64,000 nt of DNA from Azolla caroliniana. Lineage: Eukaryota; Plantae; Polypodiophyta. The position numbers and the translations under genes were made by a program. The notes beneath the pieces are model-generated. The model saw nothing but the letters and a program-made list of their open reading frames with translations, searched no databases and was not told the DNA's origin. The stretch spans positions 13,640,001 through 13,704,000 of the forward strand of contig JBHGNT010000016.1 in the NCBI GenBank assembly GCA_043228905.1, in the 5' to 3' direction. This document shows, one piece after another, positions 38,281 through 51,938 of the stretch. How positions within the stretch are numbered: position 1 is the stretch's first letter; every line of letters starts with the position of its first letter.

Positions 38281-39761
38281 GGGAGAAAGGCAATCCAGTG
38301 GACAACCAAGTGTGAAATGGCGACAACCATGATGTAAAACCTATATAAACCACATTGTGGTGTCTTGGAAAGGGTTCTTCCATTTGCAAGATCTCCTAAG
38401 TGATTAGTGATAGTGTTTAGTAGATAAACACCAATATCTATCCCTTGTTGGTGCTAGACCTCTTAGTAAGAGGGTTTAATAAACATATCCTTGGTTTCTA
38501 TTTGCGTAAGTGAGTGAGTACGAGATTGTGAGATTGATATAAGCGCTAATCATGTGTAATCATTAAGTGTGTTTGAGGCTTGAGGGTATTTGACAACTAC
38601 CCCCACCCGGTTCACCACCAAGAGGGGCGACGTTGGTTTCAACTCCGCAAACGACATCCACGGAAGGTACAACTTCATTGATATATAAGAATGTTTTCCC
38701 TGAGGTGCAAGGATCCTACACAACCGAAATTTTCGAAAAGTTACGAGCATGTGTGTGAAATGTGAACAAGACTATCAGGGACTTTAACCAAAGAGGATGG
38801 ATCATGGACCTCCATCATTGAAACCATGGATTTATGAATGTAGGTTTGCTCGTGTGGTTTTTGACTATGTATTCATATGTAAAATTTATCTATAGAAATT
38901 CAAATACTTTGAAGGTGGAATGTCCGAATCTTTCCATCCAAGAAAACAACTTTATGACACATTAGGGCCCTACATACTGATATTATTATTTTATTCTCTA
39001 TCTAGATGTTGGTGGAGGAGAACGTTAGACGAAGAGAGCATTGTTAGAGAATTATGTTCAATGCTTCACGTTAGGTTCGCCAAATTTGTTGCATCGGTCG
39101 CAAAAGTCACCTTAATCACCAAGATTTAAATAAAGGGAAGATTGTTGGGACATTATCCGGAATGGAGGCCGAAGAAGATGAATTGGTCAATATTTGTACA
39201 ATGATGAATTGGTCAATATTTGTACAATGAGTCTCAACTCACTTTCCAATCGGTTAGGTGCACTTTGTTTCTTTATCAATTGAGTCATCTATAGTTTTTG
39301 AAAAAGGTGTATTCTACTTTTAAAAATACGTTTTAGAATACTCTAAAGTATTTTACACGTACCCTTCATTTTAGAGCTACCATTTTATAATTTTTCATGT
39401 CATTTGAAAAATGTTTAAAAGAATTTTAATTATCTTTTGTGAAAAAAAAGTTTTAAATTGAAGAAGTATTTAACATATTTTACACACGTAGAACGTATTT
39501 CAAGTATCCTGCATGTCATAGTCTAAGTATTTAACTTATTTTATATCCGTACTCCAAACATTTAAAAAAAAAAGCTAGAGTACTTTGCATACGTATTCTA
39601 CATGGATTGATTGGCATTACCAAAATGCCATGAAAGAAGCATCCAAAATTTATGAGTGACAACCTCGACTCACATTTTTGGTTCTTTAGAATTTATAGTG
39701 TTTTTGTCTTTAATTTGGGGGAAATAGTTTTCAAGCATCTTGACCAGATGATCTGGTAGGG

Positions 39762-40178
39762 AGAATGTCATCCACTCAATGTCTTTATCTGTTTTGGGCT
39801 AATGATTTGTACTGCATGTGGTTGCCTAATCTTTGGGAGAGCAAGTCCTTCTTCTCCTCCCCAAGTTTTCATTCGATCCGTCTAGACAGACACACCATTG
39901 ATAGGGGATGCTTAGTCTGCACTTAGCCATGGAAACTAAGCATTCTTCTTCTTCTTCTTCTTCTTCTTCTTCTTCTCATTATTATTGTGCAGATCAGCTC
40001 CTGACTTTCATCACCGCCATAGCATGCTTACTACTTGAGGCTTTCCTACTCACAACTATTCATGTTGCAGCCGGGCTTAATTTCTTCCCTTCCTCGAACA
40101 TCGATGGCGATCTCTTCTCTTACTATGTATACAATTCCGACCCCTTTATTTACAGCGATTTCCATATCCCTCAGGTGT
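39762..40178 (+). pseudogene. Tandem partial duplicate of the kinase 5' flank and signal-peptide-coding region
   Basis: agaatgtcatccactcaatgtc starts at both 39762 and 40179. METKH-poly(S)-...DPFIYSDFH is encoded twice (ATG 39929 and 40330). Confidence 0.88.
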
Positions 40179-40329
40179 AGAATGTCATCCACTCAATGTC
40201 TTTATCTGTTTTGGGCTAATCATTTTAATCTGTGGAAAAGCAAGTCCTTCCTCTTCTCCCCAAGTATTCATTGGATCCGTCTAGACAGACACACACCATT
40301 GATAGGGGATGCTTACACTGCACTCAGCC

Positions 40330-43300
40330 ATGGAAACTAAGCATTCTTCTTCTTCTTCTTCTTCTTACTTTTATTGTGGAGAGCAGCTCCTGACTTTCAT
40401 CACCGCCATAGCATGCTTCCTACTCACAACTATTCATGTTGCTGCCGACAGCACACACGAGAATTATTACCTCCCTTCCTCTAACGTCGATGGAAATCTC
40501 TTCTCCGACCCCTTTATTTACAGCGATTTCCATATGGTAGAATTCTCCACATCCGCGATTCTCTCCTGCAACAACGACTCCCTTCTAGAAGCATTGAGTA
40601 GGCAGGAGAGGCTGTACGGTCGACCAGCTTACATTTCTTCGCCCTTTTACTTCTTCCAGCTCTACTTCGTTATCAACGCGGATGAGTTCTGCAATGCGAG
40701 CACCCCTTTCTACTACCTCTGTCTCGTCCTCGTTAATCGTGACCCCAATATGGACTCGAAAGTCGTGTGGACGGCCAACGTGGGCAGCCCTGTGGGCGAG
40801 AACGCCTGCCTCCAACTCAGTCCTGACGATAGCAATCTCAAGCTCGTGGATTACGACAGGAACGGATCTGTCGTGTGGCAGACGAATACGCCCGGTTTTA
40901 CCAATGCATCCCTTACCATCACGTATGAGGGAAACCTCGTCCTCTTCACTAACACCACAGGTCCTAGCGACTCTACTCTGAAACAGCACATACTCTGGCA
41001 ATCATACGATCATCCCACCGACACGCTCATGGTGCTGCAAGCCCTTCGACCCGGGATGAAACTCACAGCCGCCTCCACCTCGGAATCAGGCAATACCAAC
41101 AAAACGGCCCGCCACACGATAGCCATTGAAAACGGGACCCTTACACTCTACACCAAGATTCAATACGAAGCCTTAAATAACAATACCTCTAAGAGTACTG
41201 CAGATTACAGCGGATATGGGTATCCTTATTTGGTTTGGTCTCTCAATGGTACACAGGAAATGGATCATGCAGCAGCAGCGGCATTGTGCTGGTATCCGGA
41301 TCATAACAGCAGCCTCCAATTGGATATTGTTCCATCAGCAATCAACGGGTTAGTCATAATTTGTATTCAGTTCCTTCCAGATTCCAAATATTTATAGTAG
41401 CTACAATCTCATTCCTATAAAGATTTGGACATGATGTTTAATCAACCTCATACAGTTCAGAAGTAATTTCCATATACAACCAAATCTCGGCAGATGCTTG
41501 CAGTAGGCAAGCCAAACAATCCGCATCTATTAAATTGGAGGGTCACAGCATCAACATAACATATGCCACATTGCTCAGGCTGGAGAGTGATGGGGATCTT
41601 CATGCATACGCAAAGACTGGACAATTCGCAATTCTCTCCAGAACCAGCCATAAAAATCCATGCCAATTCCCTCTCTTCTGCGGATTCTATGGTGTATGTG
41701 ACAAAGAGAAGCAAAATTGCACACAGAATTGTGGCGGGTCGAATGAATTAGAGCTTCAGGATTCCAAAAAGAACGCCAAATTAGGCTGCAGGTTCAAGGT
41801 GGGAGATGGCAGATGGGAACCGTACCCTTCTTCTTGTGGCCATGGATCTAATCATAAGAAACCGAATGCTTCAATGATAGCAGGGGCCAGCTACTTCTCC
41901 AATGCTTTCCTCACTCCCAACCACACTGGAATCGATGCTCAAGGCTGCTGGAAAAATTATTGTAAGGACAACTGCGCTTGCACGGCGGCATTCTGGGAGT
42001 CAAAACCGAATGGTTCTGGTTCTTGTTTCCTCATCCAGGGTCCCGTAGCTACCATCATATTCAACGCTTCTGCAACTAAGGACGAATTCATGGGATACTT
42101 GAAATTCATGGAGAACGCAACAAAACCTTCTCTAACCAAACCCATCGCAATACGAGTATCATTAGGTGTCTTTGTGCTTATCATCGTCGTATTCATGGGT
42201 GTAGGATATGTGCACAGGATACAAAGATTAAAGGCCAGACAACTGGAAGATTATGAGATCGAAAATGAGCTTCTCGGTGTCTCACTTCTGGGCTCGAAGC
42301 CCCGTCGATTCACATGGAAGGAGATGCACGAATACACGTGTGGTTTCTCGGACCCTCTTGGGGGTGGTGGTTTTGGCAATGTCTTCCGAGGAGCTATGGA
42401 CGATGGCACGCCCGTAGCCGTGAAGCAACTCATCGATGGAAGTCACCAAGGTAGAAAAGAGTTCATGGCCGAGGTCTCAATTCTGGGCCGGACTCACCAT
42501 CTTCAACTTGTTCGATTGGTTGGCTTCTGCCTGGAAGGTGCCACACACAAGCTCCTCGTGTATGAATACATGGAAAATGGTTCTTTGGATGGTTGGATCT
42601 TCAGTAAAACACCCAAATTAACTCCACAATCCCAGGAGATTAAAACTGATAAAAACTGTAGACCGATCTTGTCGTGGGAGCACAGGTTCGACATAGCGCT
42701 GGGTACCGCAAAAGGCTTGGCCTACTTGCACGAAGAATGTGAGGACAGAATCATACACATGGATCTCAAGCCGCAGAATATACTCTTGGGAGCCGATTTC
42801 TTCCCTAAGATATCAGATTTCGGGATGTCTCGGAGGGTGCTACGAGACCAACAGAGTGCGGTGGTGACGATGATGAGGGGAACCCCAGGGTACTTGGCGC
42901 CCGAGTGGCTAACAGAGGGTGCCATCACGGAGAAGTGTGATGTGTACAGCTACGGGATTATGTTGCTGGAGATTGTGAGTGGGAGTAGAGTGAAAGATTG
43001 GAGGGCATTGAGGCAGAGGCTGGAGATGAGACCCAATCGTGGAGAGGGTGTGATGGAGCTGGTGGATGAAAGGCTCATGAACTACGGAATGGGTGCAAAG
43101 ATCTACGATGAGGAGCAAGCTATGAGGATGGTGGATGTGGCCATGTTATGTGTGCAAAGCAATCCGAGGAGCCGGCCGAGCATGAGTAGTGTGGTGCAGA
43201 TGCTGGACGGGAAGGTGGGGGTCATACCCCATGCTCCCATCGATGATTATGAACAGATGGGGCTCTTTCCAAGTGAGAAGATCATTACAAGGAGGAAGCT

Positions 43301-43475
43301 TGGGCTAGAAGAGCTAGAACAGGACAGCCATCAATGGGCAGCCGATGCAGAGTCTTGGAAATCCAGAGGCAACTCAACAGTGACAAGTAAGTCGAGGAAA
43401 TCCATTTTGAGTACCAAGACATCATATAAATATATGGAAATCTCGAGGTCAGAGGAATACATGGACACACGCTAG
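40330..43475 (+). CDS. G-type (bulb) lectin S-domain receptor-like Ser/Thr kinase, SD2-like, non-RD; exons 40330-41348 and 41456-43475, ~1012 aa
   Basis: Hydrophobic N-terminus and B-lectin motifs (VVWTAN, GNLVL, LWQSYDHPTDT). LRLESDGDL, EGF-like (PCQFPLFCGFYGVC) and PAN (CKDNCACTAAFW) domains, then a TM helix. Kinase motifs LGGGGFG, VAVK, HMDLKPQN, DFG and GTPGYLAPEW. Splicing joins the two ORFs without stops. Confidence 0.92.
41349..41455 (+). other. 107-bp phase-2 intron (gttagt...catacag)
   Basis: AT-rich with GT-AG ends. Splicing gives AAC GG|T TCA GAA, in frame with ORF 41535-43475. Confidence 0.82.
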
Positions 43476-43794
43476 CTCACTCATCGTTTATATAAAAAGA
43501 ACAAGAAGAAAAACATGTGATTCTGATGGACTATTCAATAACACTCATGGTATTTCTCATGTATAATAAAAATTGTAAAAAACTTGTTGCAATATTTGTT
43601 GTGGAAGTGTGCCCCTCATGGGGGAAAATGGTTGGCTCACTGAAAGTGGGCCGACTGGTAGGATTCAGTCGAGAGGCCGAATGAGGACAAGCTTGTTGGA
43701 TCAGACAGCGAGGCTGAATAAGTTCCAACTAGTCGGATTTGGCCAAGAGGCCGAATGAGGGTTGGTTCGCCGGATTTGGCTGAGAGGTGGAAAA

Positions 43795-43906
<112 letters not shown>

Positions 43907-46900
43907 AGTTAGGGTTACTTACGTTATCTCTATGTGTGAGAGGTAGAAGAGTAGTGAGCAGAGACTGGAGAGTAAGGTAGAGACGAAAGAGAGAGAGAGA
44001 GAGAGAGACAAAGAGCATAGAGAAGTGCAGAGAGTTGTGAAAGAGGCATACAGAAAGAAAGTAGGGTTTGGTGGACTTGTTGAAACCTCGGTTGTGGTTT
44101 CAGGTGATGATTTTGGAGTACACCTATACTTGAACATGTTCTATCATTTGATGTACTACTATTGTGGTAGCTTTGCCTACACTATAGTATTGTCGTATTG
44201 TCTTGAGATTTGTATTGTGGTTCTCCTTGGTTTTAGGGTTTCCATGTAAATCGTGTGTATTTGTACTTGTGTTTGTGTCTAAGATTGTTTATATTTGTTT
44301 ATCTCTTATTGTAAAAATTGATACAGATATTGCTCGGCCACAACCGAGTCTCAATCACACAATGGAAAAACTCAAATAGAGACAAAATAGATTGATGCAC
44401 TTACACGCAATATTAAGACGACACAGGATGTTAACGTGGAAAACCTCAAAAGGTAAAAACCACGGGAGCCACCAGATGCCAAATCAAATCACTATATGAG
44501 AGAGGAATACAACTTGAGACTCGCAGGCACTGACCTCATGCTTTGTAGCTTCGCTAACGTGGTTACAACAAACAGCCCTTTCTGTTGTCTTTCTATCTAT
44601 CTCTCCTCACTCTGTACACAACAACACTCAACTAGAATAATACACCATGATTACATTTAGTTGCCCTAGTTATATTTATACTCATATAGCTTTTCGGGCT
44701 ATTTACAAGTATGGCCTCAATGGCACATAGGAACATATTTACCAATATATCTGTCCTCTTGTTCACCCCGAATCCGGCCGAATACCTTCCGAATGAATCC
44801 AGTCTAGTTCCTTCCTCTGACTCGACTGATCCGGCTCGTTCGGTTCTCATCAGGATCCCATTCGGAGGGACTAGTTTCCCAACAATCTCCCCCTTCACTC
44901 CGGCATGGGATCTCTCATCAATCCGATCTGTCTCCTGCACGCGTCATGTTTGTTGGCTGACAACACCTTGGTACACATATCCAATCTGTACTGCTCCATG
45001 TGGATCTTCACCAGAGTGAATACTTGTTCTTCTACTCTCTACCGAAGCAAGTGATATATGTGCTAGATGTGCTTCATCCTAGAGCGATAGGTCGCGTTCT
45101 TAGCAAGGTGGATGTTGCTTTGACTGTCGTAGTAGAGCCGGAATTCCACTTGTCAGATCCCTACGTTTCGAATGAAGTCCTTCATCTAGATTACCTCCTT
45201 GCTAGCTTCCACGGTTGCCATGTAGACCGACTGATATCTGCATCAGCTGACATGTCTGAATTGGTGAATCCTGCAAGTTGGGGTTTACTTGAACTGAATC
45301 GGATGCACAAGCTCGAGGTGCCTTTTAGGTACCGAATTGCCCAATGCTCTCTTCCCGGATTGCTCATAAATCAGTTGGCCACTCCGGCTGCGTATCTGGT
45401 ATCCGGTCATGTATACAACATCACGTACATGGGGCTTCCAACTACAGAGGCATATGGTATTTTTATCATTTCTGACTTCTCTGCCTTTGTCTTCAGGGCT
45501 CTGCTTTTCAAATAGTTTGCAATTTTTTGGAAGTGTAGACCTGACTAGCTTAACATTCAACATGTTGAACCTTTGATGCACCTCTGTCACATACTTTTCT
45601 TGTGATAGCCTCAATAGCTTCTTTGTCCAGTCTCGGATTATATGCATCCCTAGGATCTGTCTCACCAGACCCATATCCCTCATTGAGAAGGACCGACTCA
45701 AGGCCTTCTTCAGCATTCCGATTTTGATATGGTCCCGTCTGACGATCAACATGTCATCCACATACAACAAGAGTATCAAGAAGTCTCCTCCATCAAACTT
45801 CTTCACAAACACACAGTGATCAGCCAATGTCTTGTGGTGAAATTTCCAGTACCATTGCCCGGGAGCTTGCTTCAGTCCGTATAGGCTCTTCTTCAACCAA
45901 CAAACTAGGTTCTCCTTCCTTTTCTTGACAAATCCCTCTGGTTGTTGCATGTAAATCTCCTCCTCGAGGTCCCCGTGAAGGAACGACTTCTGAACATCTA
46001 GTTGCTTGACCTCAAGGCTCTCCGGTATGCTCAACACAGTTTGGATAGATGTCACTTTCACTAGAGGTAAGGATTTCATCGGAATCCACTCATTTCTTTT
46101 GTTGGAAGCCCTTTACCACAATGCAGGCTTTGTGCCTTGGTGGATTTCTAATGTCTCCTATGCCGACAATTCGGCATGCTCCTTCATTCTCCATCCTCAC
46201 ACAACCGTGATCTCTAGCTTTGTAGGATGCGAAGCACTTCCAGTCGGGGGTGAGATGGAATGATGCTCCAGAGTTGACCACCCATGGCATTTCGTTGTTG
46301 ACAAGGTGTAGCTCGCTCTCCTCGGTGTTTAGCAGTAGTTCTTCCTCATTTGTTGCAATAGCCGACGTTCCTTTTCGATCTGAACTATTTCGGTCCGCAC
46401 TCTTCTTCAAGTCAGCATTGTCGACTCCTTTCTCTTCTAGTAGTGTCAGCAATTCTTCTGTAACTGTCCTGGCTTCACATACTAGAAGCACGTGGACCTC
46501 CCCCTTGACTTAGACCTCATTCACGATTTGTCCCGGTTTTGGGGAAATCGATTCCGGCCTCTTCCTTGGTATGCATCAGTTTCGGTAACTAGGGCTTTTG
46601 AGTCATAGGTCACTTCCTTGTCTTTCCGACGAGACTCTTCATCCAACAAGCTTGATTTTACTCTCACTAGGGATAGGTGTTTACCTTCCGGCCCGGCATT
46701 GCCCAAAGTGACAACTAATGTCTCCTAGCTATCCGGGAGAGAACCGAGTAGCAACAACACAATTACCTCCTCAGCTAGAGGTACTTCCAAAGAGGTTGTC
46801 GGATATATGAGCCCTTGGAAGGGATTCATGTGCTCCACCATATTGAAGCCGTCTTGATATCCGAGTCTCACTAACTGCCGGAATACTGAAACTCGATTTA

Positions 46901-49799
46901 TGACATTCTTGTTCTAAAAGGTGATGCCTATCTTCTCGGAGAGTTCATGAGCCCAGGTCTCTTCGTTGAAATTCTTGTACAAGCTCATGTCGATGAAGCA
47001 TCTTATGTATGCCGTCGTCTTCAGGTGCATCACCTCCGTGGTCACGACATCGATCTCAAAAGGTAAAAACCACAGGAGCCACAAGACTCCAAACCAATTC
47101 ACTATATGAGAGAGGAATACAAATTGAGACTCGTAGGCACCGACCTCAAGCTCTGTAGCTTTGCTAACATAGTTACAATAGAGAATACTTTCTGTTGTCT
47201 TTGTCTTTCTCTCTCTCTCTCCCCGCACTCTATACAAGAGCAACACTCAACTAGAATAATACAAGATGATTACATTTAGTTTCCCTAGTTATATTTATAC
47301 TCATATAAATTTTCGGGCCATTTACAAGTATGGCCTCAATGGCACATAGGAACATATTTACCAATATGTCTCTCCTCTTATTCACCCCGTATCCAGCCCG
47401 ATACTTGTTGGCCGGTGGCCCGAGTATGAAGTACAAGAGGGGACGAGTGAGATTTGGATATTAAAATTAGTATTAGTTATTAATTAGTAAAAATTATAAT
47501 AGGAATGGGCGGATCCGGAATAGTTGTACCGATTTGGACCCGGACCGATTCGTAGCTGATTGCCAGTTTGGCATCGTTTTGTAAACAGAACCAGATGCCT
47601 ATAAAAGGATTCGAAGAACGATGTATTGAGGGACAGAATTAATATATGAAAATTTGTTTTAAACTATTTGTGCATCTGTTCATTTACATTCTGTGTTTGT
47701 TGTTATATCTTACGTGTGTAATGAATCTGTATGCTATTGTCAATATGGAACCAATTCGGAAGTATTCGGATAAGAGCTAGATCAGAGTCGGAGTATTACC
47801 CCATAACCACCCTTTGGTGAAGTGATCCAGAAAGGACACCCTGTATTAGTGGCTAGTCCAGCCCAAGATTTACATAGTTTTGGTGACCACGATTCCTACA
47901 GTGAGCAAAGAACAGTGGGGGAATGGATGACTAGATCAACAAACGACCCAGTTGCCAAATGACGAAGAAGACTAACCGAGAGACTGCAAAAGCAGGAGGC
48001 TTACCAGTAGGTGGCCGAGGAGATCCCATCGAACCGGTCTTTTTCCAGAGTGATTTGGCGGGTCATTAAGGAGAAGTTTGAGAAGTTTGCATGAAGTAGA
48101 ATCCATATTGCAAACCCTTGCCATAGGCGACGGGGAATCGGAAACATTTTCCGCCTTTGAATCAGATTCAAATGGTGAGCACAGTGGTCACTTAAATTAT
48201 CGAAGCAGTCCCCGGAAGGCTCGGAGGACAATGATTCGGACCACATACCGACACTGGAGTCGAAAACAACACTACCGACACCGCTGCCAACGAAATAAAT
48301 ACGGACCAACAAGCAGAGGAAACGGCTGAGCAGGTACCGACGCCACCGTACCAACAATTGGAGACTCAGGATGATAGGGTACTAACGCTATCACACTAGC
48401 AATCGGGAACTTAGGAGGACCGGGTAATGACGCCACCTCCAACACGACAAATAGACGACGACACCATGCCGTACCCATAGCCAAAGTACCAGGACGACCC
48501 AAATGCAGAGGCACATGTCTATGCCTTCTTACAGACATGGGAAGCAAACCATGTCTCGCAAAGATTGATGAATGTAGAGGCCGAACGTTCCAAAATCGTG
48601 GCGTTCGGTATGACCTTGGAAGGGCCGGCAACACAGTGGCATGCGAAACACCTTCCAGGCAGCTTTGCCACATTCCAAGCTCTAAGGGACAAATTTCTAC
48701 GATTATTCCATAGAAAAGTTGAGCAAAGGGAACTGTTTAGTTAGTTCGACACAACATACAAGGAACCGAATGAAACGGTCCCACAATTTGTCATCCAGTT
48801 CCAAATGTTGCATAGCCAGTTGACAAGAGCACCTCCAGAAGATGAGGCGAAGGCGGTCTTTTTAACAACACTCTAGGAACCCCTCCGAACAATGTGTGCG
48901 GTACTAGATTTCCGGACCAACACTATGAATCAAGTTATTGACCGGGTGTTAGAAATGGATAAAATTAGCACTTTATTGTCGATGGGAGCACTCCAACGAG
49001 CGTTTCCAAAAGAGGAGGATCTCTGGTTCCGACAGGCGATCCAATGCACTACGTGCTTGAACCAAGGACACTCCACTCTAGAATGCACAATGAGGACTCA
49101 ATGCATGTTATGCCACTCCTGATCACACACGAGTGACTTGTGCAAGTATAATTTGTTAAACCGGTGTCGTGAAGAAAACCGTCCACGAGCGGAATCGGTG
49201 CACCGGAGCGTAGAAACCGACTCTTCATGCACGTGCGCCTTAAGTTGTACATAGGAGATCCTAGGTAGATTCGGTAGGTAGGAAGTAAAGGGGAAACGGC
49301 TCCTTCCTTACCTATAAAAGGAGGGAGACGAGGAGGGGCGAAGGATCGCGGAGAGTCGAGGACGAAGTGTTGTCGGTTCGTGGGCGAAGGCTTCTCTCTC
49401 TCTCTGGTTCGCAAACTCCATAGCTTCCCTCTGTGCAGGTTTCCGGAGGCTCGCGCTGCTCTGAGGAATGCCCGAGTGCTTCCGGCAGCACCTCCAACCT
49501 GCTCCTGTCTTTCTGTGCGTTTACGAACAGGCATCGGCATCTGTTCGCCGGCCTGTTCGGTTGTAACCGACTTCGTGTTTTTGTTGCTTCCATGTTCTTG
49601 TTGTTGTCTTGTTAATATATACATACATTCGTGTCTTTCTGTGTCGTTGTCCCACTTGCGTCTTTGCGTCGAAGGGTCGTGTCCCTGTGGATCTACGCTC
49701 GCACGTAGAGGGATTCTTCCCCTCCTCTCTTGCTCTTTGGTACAGGACCCCCGAGGTTCCGCCTCATTCCACGCATCCGCGAGGAATACCTCGACATCT

Positions 49800-49817
49800 T
49801 GGTGAACCCGACGTGAA
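49800..49817 (+). promoter_or_regulatory. Primer-binding site, tRNA-Trp(CCA)
   Basis: tggtgaacccgacgtgaa is the 18-nt complement of the plant tRNA-Trp 3' end, 3 nt after the LTR. Confidence 0.88.
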
Positions 49818-49839
49818 GGAGGCGGCAGAAAAGCAGAAG

Positions 49840-51938
49840 ATGAAAGGGTCGGATCTTGCGGAGGCCATGGCTTCGGCCGTGGATCGGATATTGAGCGCAC
49901 GCGAGGGCTCTGACGCCCTCAACAGAGCCATTGAGGCGGTCGTCGGTACGATCGGCCGGTTCAGTGGAATGGATGCCACGAAGTATTTGGCGTCCTACGG
50001 GACGGAAATGCTGATGCGGGATATTCCGGAAGAGAGCCGTCTTGCCGGGTTTCCTCGAGTGGCGATGCTGAGCATCCATGCGGAGGTGCTCGAGGTGCGG
50101 GCGGAGAGCCGTACCTGGGAGGAGTTCGAAGGCCGACTCCTGGAAAAATACGGGTTGGACGACGCGCTCCGGCTTTCGAAACGAGACTTCATGGAATGGG
50201 CGGAGTCCCCTGGCAAGGGAAGAAATGCGTCGGCACTCCTCCGGGAGTTCGAAGAACGCTTTGTGCGCCTTTCGGCGCTTGACCGAACCGTTCTAGATAC
50301 GAAGACGAGCGGGACCGGGATCAAGTCGGCTCCTTGCTGGAAACCGAAGACGGGCTGACAACCGACTGGGCTGCGGTTAAGAGAGTATGTGGCCGTTTTG
50401 ACAAACGGCGAGAATGGGCTGACAATGGGGCGGCCGGTGCGGGCTCTATTACAGCAAGGAGGCTTGAACCGGCACCGCAAGTGCGAAGGGAAGAAACCCG
50501 GGAATGGCTCGAAACCGGTCCGGCTTCGACCGGCATGGTCAGTGGCTCGTTCGGAGGAGCAGCGCTAGAGGAGTTGACGCGGGCGATAAAGGATCTCCAG
50601 ATCGCCCAGACTCGAAGGGAAGGCGGTGAACTGGCTCGTGACCGACGGCCAGCAGTAGGGAACAGGTGCAAGTGGTACGACGAGGTCGGCCACATCCGGA
50701 AGGACTGCGGCGATTTCGCAGAAGCGTTGAGGAACCGGGTGGTGTACCTGTGGGAAGGCCGGGTGCATGCCGGCGATACCAGAAGGGCCCTAAACCGAAA
50801 CGACGGGCGAGGAGGTATGAAGAGACTGATGGAAGAGGCAGCGGCCCGGCACGTGGAGGCCATCCACTACTCGGCGTCGGCCGGCATTCGGGTCGGAGGC
50901 ATCGAGGCTCGAAAGGAGGGCAAAGACGGATTCTGGTCGGCAATGCTAGAAGGTCTTGCCGGCGCACGGCTGAAGAAAGATGAAACGGACCGTGCTGAGA
51001 GACGGGTCCGAGAAATAACCGGGTGGAGCGATCCGGTCGAGGAGAAGACGGGCTCCGTAGAAGCCGCCTGCCGGAACTACGAGGCTCTGGTAGAAGACAA
51101 GCGAGTGGGGAAAGCCGGAGCGGCAGGGCCTTCACAACGGTACGAGACCCGATTCGGGAAACGACGGAACGATGCCGGCGGGTCCAGCTCGCAAGATAAC
51201 CCCAGGAAGGGCGGATACCGACTGGGGACGGAAATAGAAAGGACTACGGACCTACGGAAGGTCCTAGAGGAACGGATCCTCGACAGCAAAGTGGAGCTGT
51301 CATTGCGAGAGGTGCTAGGGATCGCCAAGAAGGAATTCCACGACTCCATTGTGGACCTGGTGAAACGGAAGAGGCTGTCGACGGAGACGGAACCGGAAAG
51401 ACTGGTGGAGGTGCGGACGACGCACATCGACGACATGGCGATGGAAGATGAGTGGGCGGAGAGCCACTATTAGAGGCCGCACTGGGCCCGAGCGACCACG
51501 GAGACCCCGGTAAAGATCGGAGAGGTTCAAGAACCGGTGGTGGCACTGATGGACCACGGTTCGGAAATAAACCTGATGTCCATGGACTTCTATAAGAAGG
51601 GAAAGTGGCCGATCAACACCAAGCACGGGTGGAAGATACGGGCGGCGACGCGCGCCACCGAGGAACTGCACGGGGCCTGCCCGAACGTGCGAGTCAAGAT
51701 CGGCGACGTCGAGATTAACCAGCACTTCTTCGTACAGGAGACGTCCTCGCACCCGGTCATATTAGGTGAACCATACATCACGGCGGCGCGGATGGAAACC
51801 AAAGTGCTGGACAACGGGTCGGCCTACGCGAGGGTCAAAAGCCAGGTCGGGCGCCATTCGGTCCAATTTCTGATAGTGCGGCCGAACCACGAGAGAAACC
51901 GTGAATCCCTCGGTGGCGAGAATCGGGAGGATTTTTAG
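49840..51938 (+). pseudogene. gag: gag-protease ORF of element J (frameshifting lesion at ~50305, nonsense codon at 51471)
   Basis: ORFs 49609-50358, 50334-51473 and 51537-51938. Degenerate knuckle CKWYDEVGHIRKDC and aspartic protease DHGS...ILG. Confidence 0.85.

Noticed and set aside
39177-39230. 26-bp direct duplication upstream of the kinase, and a 30-bp one at 60626-60685
   Set aside because: Simple local slippage duplications with no further structure.
38281-39760. Possible additional TE or regulatory module upstream of the kinase
   Set aside because: I could not identify termini, a TSD or coding motifs, so the region is left unannotated.
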